Of a DNA stretch of 51,201 nt, positions 26,141 through 38,692 are shown one piece after another. The stretch spans positions 11,698,211 to 11,749,411 of the forward strand of contig NC_068985.1 in assembly GCF_001194135.2 (NCBI RefSeq). The letters are read 5' to 3'. Made by a program: the position numbers and the translations under genes. The notes under the pieces are model-generated. The model was given only the letters and a program-made list of their open reading frames with translations, did no database searches and was not told the origin of the DNA. This stretch comes from Octopus bimaculoides. Taxonomy: Eukaryota. Position 1 is the stretch's first letter. Every line of letters starts with the position of its first letter.

Positions 26141-26530
26141 GTCGCAGGAGTGGCTGTGTGGTAAGAAGTTTGCTTACCAACCACATGGTTCCGAGTTCAG
26201 TCCTACTGCGTGGCATCTTCGGCAGAAGTCGTCTACTGTAGCTTCGGACCGACCAAAACCTTGTGGGAGGATTTAGTAGATGGAAATTGAAAGAAGCCTG
26301 GCGAATACGTGTATATATATATATGTGTGTATATATATGTATATATATATATGTATGCAATTGTGTGTCTGTATGTGTTCCCCACCATTGATTGGCAACT
26401 GATGTTGATGTGTTTACGCCCCCGTAAGTTAGGCTTACAAAGAATAAGTTCTGGGTCGATTTGTTCTACTAAAGGCGGGGCTCCAACATGGCCGCAGTCA
26501 AATGAGTGAAACAAGCAAAAGAATACAGAA
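26141..26530 (+). mobile_element. SINE family A copy with small deletion
   Basis: gcaggagtggctgtgtggtaag...ggttccgagttcagtcc...taaaggcggggctccaacatggccgcagtcaaatg. Confidence 0.9.
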
Positions 26531-27036
26531 CGCAAAGAGCAGTTTAGCACACGGTCCGGTCTCACTCATTTTTCAAATGAATATAACACGGAAATATTAA
26601 ATTCGTTGTTTTCGCCAATTACTGAAAACGACCACGTGTATGCTTCTTTCTTATTCTCACCTCGACAGTAACGCATAACGCATTCCGTACATGAAAATAT
26701 AGTGACAGGTGAATAAATCTGAATACATGCAAGCATGTAAATTTTCTTACGAGGGAAAATACTATTGTCTAAGCAAATATATTACTCGGACACAGCACCT
26801 ACATGGATACCAAAAATTCGTTTAAAGATATTAAAAATAATGTCAATGTTCAACATTATCTATTTTCCTTCAACAAGTAAAGATAAAACCCTAATCATAT
26901 TTCGGTATTATTCTGATCTAATCTGCGAAAATTTTTTTTATGATATTTGCCAATAGAGCTATAGAGGAATCTCAATGTAAATATACAAGTCTATACACAT
27001 GATTGTGCAGTGAAAAAACAGAGTTATTTTATCCCC

Positions 27037-27499
27037 GTATCACTGTATTGACCAGAATACCAAATGTTACACATCGCTGTTCACAATAAGATCCAATTCT
27101 TTCTTGACTGCGGTATTCTTTTTCTTCTTGGCACAAATCGAGTCACTAAATAATCTTTCCATCATCGTTGAGGTATTTCAAGTGGCCCTTTCAGACCACT
27201 AAGATATCTCTTAAAAAATCATGAGTCGATCTGTTTTCTGTGAACCTTGTGACATGTCTGACTCAACAGACCTTTTGATTTCAATATCCTTCGATCTCTT
27301 CATTCACTCCGATCCGTTCTCGAATTATCTGAACTCGGATATCTTTTAGCATGGCAACAATATTCCTAGTATGGTTCATTCATGGCCCTAGGCATCGCAG
27401 CCATTAGGTATGTTTCCTTCTACTAAGCAGTATTCCTCGTCTCATAAGCTGGGCAAGACTCTAAAAGTCAGAATCTTCAATAACACCGTCCTACAAATG
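27037..27499 (-). mobile_element. RTE-clade LINE 3' remnant with a short inverted 5' segment
   Basis: Minus strand: AYETR..KE..LMAAMPRAM / KDIRVQIIRERIGVNEEIEGY*NQKVC*VRHVTRFTENRS / GPLEIPQR*WKDYL. Plus strand 27449-27499: LGKTLKVRIFNNTVLQM. These are consecutive RTE C-terminal motifs. Confidence 0.75.
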
Positions 27500-27648
27500 A
27501 GAATTATATATAATTGATGTTTGGAACTGCAACTACAATATTTCATATTTTATTTCTACTTGCATTCTCTTATTTCCCTCTATATTCCCCATCTCCTTTT
27601 CCATAATAATTCCTTAACTCGAACTCAAACGTTTAACCATCTCACATC

Positions 27649-27696
27649 GTCTCTGATGAAGGGATATCCATAATATCCCAGAAACAGCTGTAAGAC
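27649..27696 (+). ncRNA. Minimal type I hammerhead ribozyme motif, best-preserved copy
   Basis: gtct-ctgatga-a-gggata-tccataa-tatccc-a-gaaa-cagctg-ta-agac: intact core, 6-bp stem II, palindromic stem III, GUA triplet. Confidence 0.85.
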
Positions 27697-28827
27697 TATA
27701 TCTATATATTTTTCCAAATAAATGTACTTAAAACTCCTCACAGCCATGGCTTTGTTATCTCATTTTGTCTTATATATATATATATNNNNNNNNNNNNNNN
27801 NNNNNNNNNNNNNNNNNNNNNNNNNNNNNNNNNNNNNNNNNNNNNNNNNNNNNNNNNNNNNNNNNNNNNNNNNNNNNNNNNNNNNNNNNNNNNNNNNNNN
27901 NNNNNNNNNNNNNNNNNNNNNNNNNNNNNNNNNNNNNNNNNNNNNNNNNNNNNNNNNNNNNNNNNNNNNNNNNNNNNNNNNNNNNNNNNNNNNNNNNNNN
28001 NNNNNNNNNNNNNNNNNNNNNNNNNNNNNNNNNNNNNNNNNNNNNNNNNNNNNNNNNNNNNNNNNNNNNNNNNNNNNNNNNNNNNNNNNNNNNNNNNNNN
28101 NNNNNNNNNNNNNACACAGTCCACTCTAAACTATAAGAAAAGTTATTAATCCTTACTTTTCTCATAGTTTCCTTGATGTTGTTTATTTCATAGCAAAATT
28201 AGTAACTTCATTTCTTTTTTCCGGTTTTATCGACTTAAAAAGATAACAAATTTTCGTTAGCGTGAATTTCGTTGCTCCGCTGATGACGGATTAATAATCT
28301 TTCACACGTTTGTAATAATAAAGGGTCAGAAAGCAATTTCCTTGAAGTTTAATATTTATAACCGAAATGAAAAATTATCACCGTATTTTATGACGTTATA
28401 CATACAAAGAAGAGCGATTTCGCTAAATCTTCTTCCGTTGTTGAATGTCTAATTTGCAAGTGTCGTTTCTTTAATACATTTATAAATTAAGACGGTTACT
28501 GTTGGTAGTTGTTTTATTACAATTCACTCAACTTCAGTAATAGATACTTTGGCCGATACGGAAAATTAACAGGAATATCATATTACTTCGGCATCGACAT
28601 CATCTTCATCGTTGATATAATCGTCGTCGTAATCCTCCTCTCCTCTCTCTTTCCTTTCGTCATTATGCCTACCATCTTACTCACCCCTTTCTCTTCCTGC
28701 TTTTTATCATCATCTTCATCATAATAACGTTTTATCACTGGTTGATGTTTGCGCTTTCCTAATAATTCCACATTACAATTATCTTCCCCCTCCTCCTCCT
28801 CCTCCTCCCCCTCTAATCTTCTCTGCA

Positions 28828-28992
28828 GTCGGCTGTTAGAATCCTGAAAGCTTTGAATTAAATGCTTTGTATTATTCTGGCTCTTGACGTTGTGAATTCA
28901 AATCTCGCCGATTTTAATTTCGTCGTCCACGCTTTCGAAGTTGATAAAAAAGATGTAGACTAACCCCTCCCATTCAAAATAGGTTGCCTTGA
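28828..28992 (+). mobile_element. Highly degenerate SINE family C copy
   Basis: gttagaatc..aaatgctt..gacgttgtgaattcaaatctcgccg..taacccctccc..ccttg aligns loosely to family C. Confidence 0.5.
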
Positions 28993-29011
28993 TTTAAATT
29001 TAAAAACTTAT

Positions 29012-29349
29012 GTCAGTCTTGCAGAATTGTTATAGCGTTAAGAAAAAGCCATGCATTATGTCATCCGGTTCGGTAAATTTTGAGTTCAAATCCTGGCAAG
29101 GTGAACTTTGCCTTAAATCCTTTCCGTACTGTGATAGATGGAATCCATTGAAACTCTCCTTAGTATTGTGAAGGAGTATCAATAGTTTGCTGGGTAGAAA
29201 TAATGACAGTTAATTCACAGCTAAGGATACATAGTTAAGGGTAAACGTGTCTGTGGAGTGTTCAGCCACTTGCACGTTAATTTCACGAGCAGGCTGTTCC
29301 GTTGATCGGATCAACTGGAACCCTTGTGGTCCTAACCGATGGAGTGCCA
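29012..29349 (+). mobile_element. Degenerate family C head followed by tail T
   Basis: gcagaattgtta..tgagttcaaatcc..aactttgcctt, then gtgtctgtggagtgttcagccacttgcacgttaatttcacgagcaggctgttccgttgatcggatcaactggaacc..ggagtgcca. Confidence 0.75.
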
Positions 29350-29619
29350 CGAATAAACAACAATAGTAGAAACAGCATCAGGAACAAGAACAGCAACAAG
29401 GACAATAACAACAAAAGCAACAGCAAACTAAGTCAACAAAACGCTATGCCTTATGTGCTCACTTCTGTCATATCTTTATTTGAAAATACCTTCAATATTT
29501 CCGGGGTCGCTAAAGCAAAGTAACAGTGAAGTACAGAATCAATGTATTGACTAAAACCCTCCCCTTAAAATCATTGTACTACATGTTCATATTAGAAACA
29601 TTATTAATGTTGTAAATGG

Positions 29620-29825
29620 TGTATCGAGAAAATCGTTTGCGTGTCGGACAAAATACTTTGTGGTATTTGTTGTGACTCTTTACATCCTGAGTTCAAATTC
29701 CAAATTTGCCTTTCATCCTTTTGAGGCAAATAACATAAAGTAACAATCAAGTGCTCGAGTCGATATAATCGATTAATTTCAACCACACTGCATTTCTGGC
29801 TTGGTGCCTGTATCATAAACAATTA
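29620..29825 (+). mobile_element. Degenerate SINE family C copy
   Basis: aatcgtttgc..ggacaaaatac..ctgagttcaaattcc..tttgcctttcatccttt..gtcgatataatcgat..ggtgcct. Confidence 0.7.
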
Positions 29826-30129
29826 CTTTTTATAATTGTTGAAGTTGTTAGAAATCATTTGTATCGTATTTTTTTGTTCTTATTACCAAAATAATTCAGA
29901 CAAATTACACTCGTCAATATAATGTATGAATTGAAAAAATACAATCAATATTTGGTGAGTGATTATGTATGTATTTTCTCTTCCAATAACATTTATCATT
30001 GAGATGGCACATAATAACAATTTTTCGATTACTGAGCATGGTTTGACTTTAACTAGAGTTCCGTTGCTATAATTACATGGAGAATTAATTTGATATTTCA
30101 GGTTCGATGATTCCATTTGTAGATAGATT

Positions 30130-31402
30130 TTCTTTTTATGTTTCTCTCACTTAAATGTTGATATTTATTCTTCAATCTATGTGAGCCATAACGGTTTTCT
30201 TCTTCTTTTTTTTTTGTTTGTTTTTGCTAGCCCCAGTTCAAACGTTCCAGGTTCCAGTTTAAGTCTTACTAATCCCTTTTTTTTTGGCAATTGTCTTCTC
30301 CAACTCTAAATTCTTGTTGTAAAAAACCACTGTTCTGATATTTTTAATATTCTACTTTTCTAGCTACCTTTCCTTCTATCCTCGCTCTATCCTTCTGGTT
30401 TATCATCGTTTACCACCAATTTATCCACTTCTCCCTTCTTGTTAAATTTTTTTCATGCTCTGTGTCTTGGGTTCGATTCTCAGTTTCGTCTTTTTCGGTT
30501 TCCTTTTCGTTCTCTGTCTTTTTCTTTCCCCCTCTCTCTTTTCTTGGGGGGTCTTTGGCGGCGATTCAGTCCGCATACGTTTTCTATCTGTTCCTTCTAA
30601 ACTTTCCTCGCTCTCCACAATCTCCTCCTGCTTTTCCTCTACCTCTTCTTGTTCGACCTCTACCATTTGCTCTTCACAGATCTCTGTTTCTACCACTTGA
30701 ACATCTCTACGGGGAAACACCACCTGTATGTGTCCCCTACTTCCACATCTATAGCATACGGGTGGCTTCCCCTCTACCACAACCCTCAGTCGGGTGTCAT
30801 CGGGGAGCACCAACTCCTCTGCGACGTTATGCAGGTCAGGCAGTGTTATATGGGTTAGAATTTCCAACCCAAAACCCCACCAGTTGATCTCCTTAGACCT
30901 CTCCACTTTTATGATTTTCACCTCGTCTTTGCAATTATAGATTACTGCTGCCACCAGCCAATTCTAAATCTATTTCCAGTGGTACTTTTTCGATTCTTAT
31001 CCTTGCGGCTCTTCTGCCGCAATATACTGGCAAAAGAGCCCACTTCTCCGTTCTTAGAGGTATGGTAGAATACCTATTCGCATCTGCCTCGTTCTTAAAA
31101 TACACCTTTACAGTTCCGTATTTCTTTCCTCCCGTGTAGAACACTATTTCTTCCTTAATTCCGCTTCAACTTCCGCTATATCAACTTTTCTTTACTGTTA
31201 CGTTTAGTGTCTTATACGTTATAATTCTTTTTTCAGCGTTTCCCATCACTTCTTTGGGAGGACTAAGCCGCAGGCAGTCCCCCTCCTTCTTTAACAACTT
31301 AAAGTGTTTCTTTATATTTGCAATTTCCACTTTAACTTCCTTCATCTCCATGTCGTCGGCCGGCCGACACTTGCCAACCGCTGCCGCGTAACTAGTAGTC
31401 AT
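30130..31402 (-). mobile_element. L1/Tx1-like ORF1 (gag-like) remnant with zinc knuckle, frameshifted, no adjacent ORF2 seen
   Basis: MTTSYAAAVG start (ATG 31402-31400), RIRIEKVPLEID, LVLPDDTRLRVVVEGKPPVCYRCGSRGHIQVVFP (CX2CX4H with the last C lost), acidic then basic C-terminus. Confidence 0.75.
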
Positions 31403-32267
31403 TACAAACTTCACAGCATAACAACAGCAATACTTCAACAATTATTAATAGGAGTATTTTCAAAACTTCAAACTAATAACAGCAACTTCAACAATTTTTC
31501 AACATTTTCAATTACGATATTCATCAATTTACGTTCTCCGTTCACAAAATCACAACATAACTCCAAAGAGTTAACCCTCTTAATCATCATTCGTCTCATC
31601 TCATTAATGTGTTTGTCCAGCCGGTAGCTACTCCTCTGTGTACTGCCTTTATGGCAAATTGAATGAAATAAAGTAGCAACACTAGCTGGTTGATAATTCT
31701 TTATTACAGGCACAACGCCTAATTACAGAGGGGACATACAAAGACATGCGGGAACATAAAACATATGAAGGATGATGGTAAAATGAATATTGTATAATGC
31801 AAATGACACGGCCATCTCGCTCCCGCTTCGAGATGGAACCGGGGATTCCTTTTCCTTAAACCTTTGCATAACTTCTTGCCTCGTTCCGAGGCGAAACCAC
31901 GACTTCCCTCTTCGCTTTCACCCTACAATTATAAACCTTTTAATCAAATGTTCATACACGACTTACAGATTTCTTTTCATTTTAAACTAAAAGTTACCCA
32001 AATATTTATTACCAGTTTCGAAATTTACTNNNNNNNNNNNNNNNNNNNNNNNNNNNNNNNNNNNNNNNNNNNNNNNNNNNNNNNNNNNNNNNNNNNNNNN
32101 NNNNNNNNNNNNNNNNNNNNNNNNNNNNNNNNNNNNNNNNNNNNNNNNNNNNNNNNNNNNNNNNNNNNNNNNNNNNNNNNNNNNNNNNNNNNNNNNNNNN
32201 NNNNNNNNNNNNNNNNNNNNNNNNNNNNNNNNNNNNNNNNNNNNNNNNNNNNNNNNNNNNNNNNNNN

Positions 32268-32272
32268 ATATA

Positions 32273-32337
<65 letters not shown>

Positions 32338-32520
32338 GTTGTTGTTGTTGTTATCGTTATTATTATCATTTTTATTATTATTGTTATTATTATTATTATG
32401 ATTATGATTATTATTAATGAAATTAATAGTAATAATAATAATAATATTAATTAATAGTAATAATGATAATAATATTATTATCATCATAATCATCATTATT
32501 ATTATTATTATTATTAATTA
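32268..32520. repeat. (ATT)n/(AAT)n trinucleotide block
   Basis: Direct reading. Confidence 0.95.
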
Positions 32521-32843
32521 TTGTAATTTCAGACAGCCAGATATTCAAGGGTCGAGACATTTCAGTTAGAGAACAGTCAACTACATGTTGGTAAAGATCC
32601 CCCACGGCTTGCCCTCCTGAGCCATACAGAGGCGAGCCTTTCCTTAAACATCCTCACCGTCCCAAGAATTGCTGTCTTCTGCATAACCTGTAAACCTTGC
32701 ATCGATTCCTATTTTCTTTACACCATTCTCAAATCTGTCCGAATATCCATCCCAGTGCTCAGACCATCGCTGGAATCAGTAAAACCCTTTTTTAACCCTT
32801 ATAACTTCCCAGTCTCCTCCTTCGGTGGCTCATACTTCTACTC
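32521..32843 (-). mobile_element. R4/Dong-like non-LTR retrotransposon 3' end (restriction-like endonuclease C-terminus)
   Basis: Minus-strand translation across frameshifts: KYEPPKEETGKL*GLK..LIP..V.ALG...IGID..VMQKTAILGTVRM; followed directly by a (TAA)n tail. Confidence 0.75.
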
Positions 32844-32854
32844 TTTATTGTTAA

Positions 32855-33385
<531 letters not shown>

Positions 33386-34373
33386 TGGTTTCTGAAGTAT
33401 TTCAAGCGCTGCACTTCTTTAAAATTAAGTTCGCACTCACTCTGAAAAGTTGCAGGAAAACGCTCAATCTACGAGAAGTGTGAGAGATTAATTCCATATC
33501 GTTGGTGTTTCGTGTCAGATACTCCCACCGTGTCGTCATATTCACGGCTAATTGCAGGAAATTAATGAGTTAATAGATGATCTCTGCAACTTTGACTACC
33601 TTCTTAAACTGACTGAGAATCACCTATCAACGTTTACAAATCCCAGCATTACTACATATATACGATACATTGTCGATGATTGTGATTATATTCAATCTTT
33701 GAATGTCTTTTAAAGAAGACTTTACATATATTTTCAGTTATACCAATTAGAAATAAGGTGACAGACACAGTTATTTGCTCCCCTGAGCGTTTTTATTTTA
33801 ATTTAAAGAGCAATACTGTATACCTCTTTTACATTTGAGGCAGCTTCACCAATTGTGGTAACATATAGTATTGTTATGTCGATAATTAGTGCGGTATTGT
33901 TACGTATGTCATGGACATGAATTCAGAATAATTATGTGTCGTCTTGTCTTTTGTATGTATGATATGAAAGAGAAAGTTTAAGTCAAAGGTACAGATTGTA
34001 TTTGTGATATCATTTTTTTTTTTTATTTTAAGATTAATTAGCTGCAACAACAATGGCACAAGTTAAATGGTTGAATCAAATGATATAGACTTACCGTCGA
34101 GATTATTACTGCCAGAACATTTATTCCTGAGCACATATGTTCATATTTAAAAGCAAACGGAAAATCTCTCTCTCTCTCTCTTTCTCGCTCACGCCGATTT
34201 CGAAAGAGTAATTATCACACACACACAAGTACACAGACCTCCAAAGGATAATTAACGCACAAACGCACATTGACACATATATACATTCACGAAGATTTCA
34301 AATAGCTATTACCGATACTAAGGCAAGTAGCGGCATAATGATCTAATTTGATGTGAGACATCTTGGCCTTGTA

Positions 34374-34661
34374 GTGGAGGCAAATAGCTTAGTGGTTAGA
34401 GCAGCGGACTGGAGGTCGATGGATTGCGGGTTCAAATCTCAAACCGGTCAATGCGTGTGTTTATGAGCGAAACACCTAAACTCCACGCGACTCTGACAGA
34501 AGGTAATGGCGAAATTCTGCTGACTCTTTCGCCACAACTTTCGCTCATTCTCTCCTCCTGAATCGAGCAACTCATCTGCGACGGAACGATGTCCCGCCCA
34601 ATGAAACCGGGAAATTGGTCCGTATTAGCCAAGCATGTCTCGAGAAGGAACAAACAACAAC
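34374..34661 (+). mobile_element. tRNA-derived SINE (head B-like, distinct body)
   Basis: gtggaggcaaatagcttagtggttagagcagcggac...gggttcaaatc A/B boxes; 3' atgaaaccgggaaa..ctcgagaaggaacaaacaacaac tail, partly shared with 46271-46330. Confidence 0.75.
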
Positions 34662-34929
34662 TTTGGTCTTGTCTGAATTGATGTAGAAACATTTACGGAG
34701 CTATTTTTGCTGGAAATAAGAACCAATTGTCCTTCTACGAAAGTTTATTGCTTTAAATAATATCAAATGATATAAATAGTAAACGAAATATTAGACGTAT
34801 TGGTAAAATAATATAAAGCGTAACAAGATGATACTTAAAAACGACATGGTTTGAATGTACATCGGTATAGCTTCTCGATAAGGTATGAAGGGCTGAATGA
34901 AAAGAGCAGCGTCACAATACTTATCGACA

Positions 34930-35089
34930 TGAAGGACATTCTCATCAGCATCATCATCATCATCATCATCACGGATCATATGATCGTGATTATGAGCATG
35001 ATAATAATGATGATGATGAAGATGACGATGACGACGATGATGAAAAACATGACGATCATCACGATCGTCAACGTTATCCTTATCATCAT

Positions 35090-35125
<36 letters not shown>

Positions 35126-35400
35126 TATCATCATCATTCCAAAACTACCATTGCTAACATCCATTATTATTGTCATCGTCGTTCGTCGTCATCATCAACA
35201 TCATCACCATCGTCTTCGTCGTCCTTCTCAAAATCATCATCACCGTCACCATCATCATAATTAACATCATCAACATAATCATCAACACCATCATCAACAA
35301 CACCGCCACCATCAACACCATCACAATCAACACCATCACCATCATCATCACTACCACCGTCATCACAATCATCCTAAAACAGCACGCATTCCCAATTTCC
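34930..35400. repeat. (CAT)n/(GAT)n trinucleotide low-complexity block
   Basis: Direct reading. Confidence 0.93.
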
Positions 35401-36103
35401 TCTTCATTATCATCACCATCGCCAGCCCCCCTCGGCTTCGTCTCCACCATAACGCTTTACGCATCCCGAGGTGACGTCAACGTCGAAACTGACAACTAAG
35501 ATAATAATAACAATGAAGTCCATCACATGACAACCTAATCTCATGTTATTTAAATGAGAAAAATCCAACGGGCTGTTATTAGGACAGGCAATGGCAGCTT
35601 TGAACAAATGTCTTTCTGTGTCTGCCTTTTCAGAAGTACCGATAAACCTAAATGCGCGCGCGCGTGTATGTATGTATGTATGTATTTATATGCATATAAA
35701 TATGTATGTATATGTGTATAGATATATATGTATGTGTATGTGTATGGATATATATGTATGTATATGTATATATATATATATATATATATNNNNNNNNNNN
35801 NNNNNNNNNNNNNNNNNNNNNNNNNNNNNNNNNNNNNNNNNNNNNNNNNNNNNNNNNNNNNNNNNNNNNNNNNNNNNNNNNNNNNNNNNNNNNNNNNNNN
35901 NNNNNNNNNNNNNNNNNNNNNNNNNNNNNNNNNNNNNNNNNNNNNNNNNNNNNNNNNNNNNNNNNNNNNNNNNNNNNNNNNNNNNNNNNNNNNNNNNNNN
36001 NNNNNNNNNNNNNNNNNNNNNNNNNNNNNNNNNNNNNNNNNNNNNNNNNNNNNNNNNNNNNNNNNNNNNNNNNNNNNNNNNNNNNNNNNNNNNNNNNNNN
36101 NNN

Positions 36104-36135
<32 letters not shown>

Positions 36136-37070
36136 AGTTTGTGTGTGTGTGAGTTTGTGTGTGTGTGTGAGAGCTTGTCAGTGTACGCATGTGTGTGTAC
36201 GTACATATACGTGTTTGGCTGTGCGTGAGAAAGAGAGAGCGTGTACGTTTGTGTGTATGTATATACATATACATGCGTATGTATATTATTATACATATAT
36301 GCTTATGCATACATACACCTGACCCACACATATGTACGAATGTGAGTTTGCCCGCACTCGTACGAAGCCCGTACGCACGCACCAGTGTCTGTGTGTGTGT
36401 GTTTCTGAATGCGCACGTGTCTAACTGTGAGCCCGTTTGTCAATGTATTTGTGTATTCTGCACCAGACTTTGCCAGACGTTTTAATTACGGAAGTAAATA
36501 ATTACAAAAGAATAAAAAATGCATATAAATATACACAATAATTACGGAAATGAATGAAATAAAAATGCAAAAACAGGTAATTCAAAACACGAAGAAAAAC
36601 GAATATTTTGCAGGAAACGGGACATGTTAACGTTGACACTAAATGATAACCCTGTTACTACACCAAAAGTAGAAAATCTCTTTATGAGGTTGCTTGATGT
36701 GTGGGCAGCGACAACCAAACCTCCGTCAAATATCACCCTTTCCGTTTCTTAAAAACTCGACTGTTACAATAGATAATGCATTCTCAATGATAGAAAGTGA
36801 TTGAATGATGATAGTGGCGGAAAGATGAATACATTTTATTTGTACTGGTTGAGCATTGACCATGGTGAAAACAACATAATCAGCAACTTGAACAACAGGA
36901 ATAGAAGTACATGATATTAGCAACAACAACAATAACATTAACAAAAACAATAACAAAAGCAACAATAACAGCAACCGTTATTCTGAGCCATTAAAGCCCA
37001 AAAGGATCCAATGTTTTGGGTAGAAAATTCTCACAAGAAATTTCGTTTTAAATGACCTTATCACGTCTTT

Positions 37071-37302
37071 TTAAATCCATTAGTCGTTAAACTGGCTATA
37101 TCTGGCTCAAATATTCTATGTTTTATATCCAAAACTGACCAGATATGGCATCTTACATCTACCTTACAATGTCATTCGAAAAATAAACAATTACATAATC
37201 GAAATGTTGAAATTACGAGACAATTCAACTTTATTTGAAAACAATGTGAAAGATTGAGGACTACATATGGTACTACAGTATTACTGTATGCTAGAGGGTT
37301 AA
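37071..37302 (+). mobile_element. piggyBac-like MITE, degenerate
   Basis: Bounded by ttaa at both ends, 3' end atgctagagggttaa; interior (ggctatatctggc..ctaccttacaatgtcatt..aaataaacaat) matches a TTAA-MITE I recall from octopus; the 5' TIR is eroded. Confidence 0.5.
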
Positions 37303-37430
37303 TGTTTGACGTTGAATAAAGTCTTCTCTATTTAATGCCTACTTAAAACCTTTGATAATTCTTGACTTTTTTGTTTTAATTGCTAATGTAATACGCTTAA
37401 TCATTTTCCATACGGTGAATTTTTCCTTTA

Positions 37431-37777
37431 CAGAAGTGGCTGTGTGGTAAGTAGCTCGCTTACCAACCACATGGTTCCGGGTTCATTCCCGCTGCGTTAC
37501 ACCTTGGACAAGTGTCTTCCACTATAGCCTCGGGCCGACCAAAGCCTTGTGAGTGGATTTGATAGACGGAAACTGAAAGAAGCCCATTTCTGTTGTACCT
37601 ATATTTCAAAGGGGCCAGCCATGTCACACTCTGCGTCACGCTGAATCTCCTTGGGAACTACATTAAGGGTACACGTGTCTGTGGAGTGCTCAGCCGCTTG
37701 CACGTTAATTTCACGAGCAAGCTGTTCCGTTGATCGGATCAACTGGAACCCTCCTCGTCGCAACCGACAGAGTGCCA
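37431..37777 (+). mobile_element. Chimeric SINE: family A head joined to tail T
   Basis: Family A sequence runs to gaaactgaaagaagccc (about 37585), then tacctatatttcaaaggggccagcc...gatcggatcaactggaaccc..gagtgcca. Confidence 0.9.
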
Positions 37778-37789
37778 CGAATATATGTA

Positions 37790-37830
<41 letters not shown>

Positions 37831-38198
37831 TACAAGAAAAGGACAACAAAAACCAAGGCAGGATGAGTATCTCAAATAATTTATAATAATTTAATTAGGG
37901 CAAGGCGAAGTTTTACATCTGTTTGTAGTATAGCCAAAGTGATAAGCTGGCATGTCCGTACACTGGGTAGACAAGGCGAGTACGTATGAACGTTTTAGAC
38001 AGGGAAATTCTTAGTTTATACGGAATAGAAGAATAAAGAGTAAAAGTAGAGAGAATAGAGACATGAGAATAAAAACAGGAGAATAAAAACAGTAAACTCT
38101 ATTCTTTGTGAACTTCATTCTCCTGCCTGTATCCTATTTACTTTTATTCTTTATTTTTCTATTTTATTCCTTATAAAACTTTCATACATATTCACCTG

Positions 38199-38274
38199 GT
38201 CTCTGATGACGGAGTACCCAATGTACGGACATATTAGCTTACCACTTAGGATATCCCAGAAACAGCTGCAAGAC
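38199..38274 (+). ncRNA. Decayed minimal HHR motif of the 27649 family
   Basis: gtct-ctgatga...tatccc-a-gaaa-cagctg-ca-agac; enlarged stem II region and GUA changed to GCA. Confidence 0.6.
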
Positions 38275-38692
38275 TTCAACTTCACCTTAGTCGTATTAAA
38301 TGATTATAAATGACTCGAGATACTCATTCTGCCTTGGATTTTGTTGTTCTTTTCCTCTAATAGATATCTGCTAACACGGAAGCCTAATACGGATCCCTAG
38401 CCCCAGCCTCCGCTATGAAACTGGAACCTAACGATTGACCAATTATAGCACTTACTCGGCGTACCTACTCGTTTAGATCACCAGTGCGCTAAACTTCTCA
38501 TATTCTCACTCGATATATGATTGTATATACATAATAAATATATAAATATATATTTTTGTGTGTATAAATATGCATATATCAAAATGATATGCAATTTAAT
38601 GCAGAAACATTTCAAGCACTGCGCTATAAGATCACAAATGCTCCACAACCGGCATTTACAGGACCCGGAGGTACTGCAATCCTCCGTCTCCT

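Noticed and set aside
28275-28310. ctgatga followed by a gatt/aatc hairpin (HHR-like 5' half)
   Set aside because: No GAAA or cleavage triplet follows; at most a broken remnant.
31790-31990. GC-richer segment with RSYAKV on the minus strand (second ORF1 start or 5' UTR)
   Set aside because: A stop follows immediately and there is no supporting motif.
36560-36755. LTLNDNP resembling a cadherin NDNxP motif
   Set aside because: No other cadherin motifs (DxD, LDRE), and the frame closes after about 25 codons.
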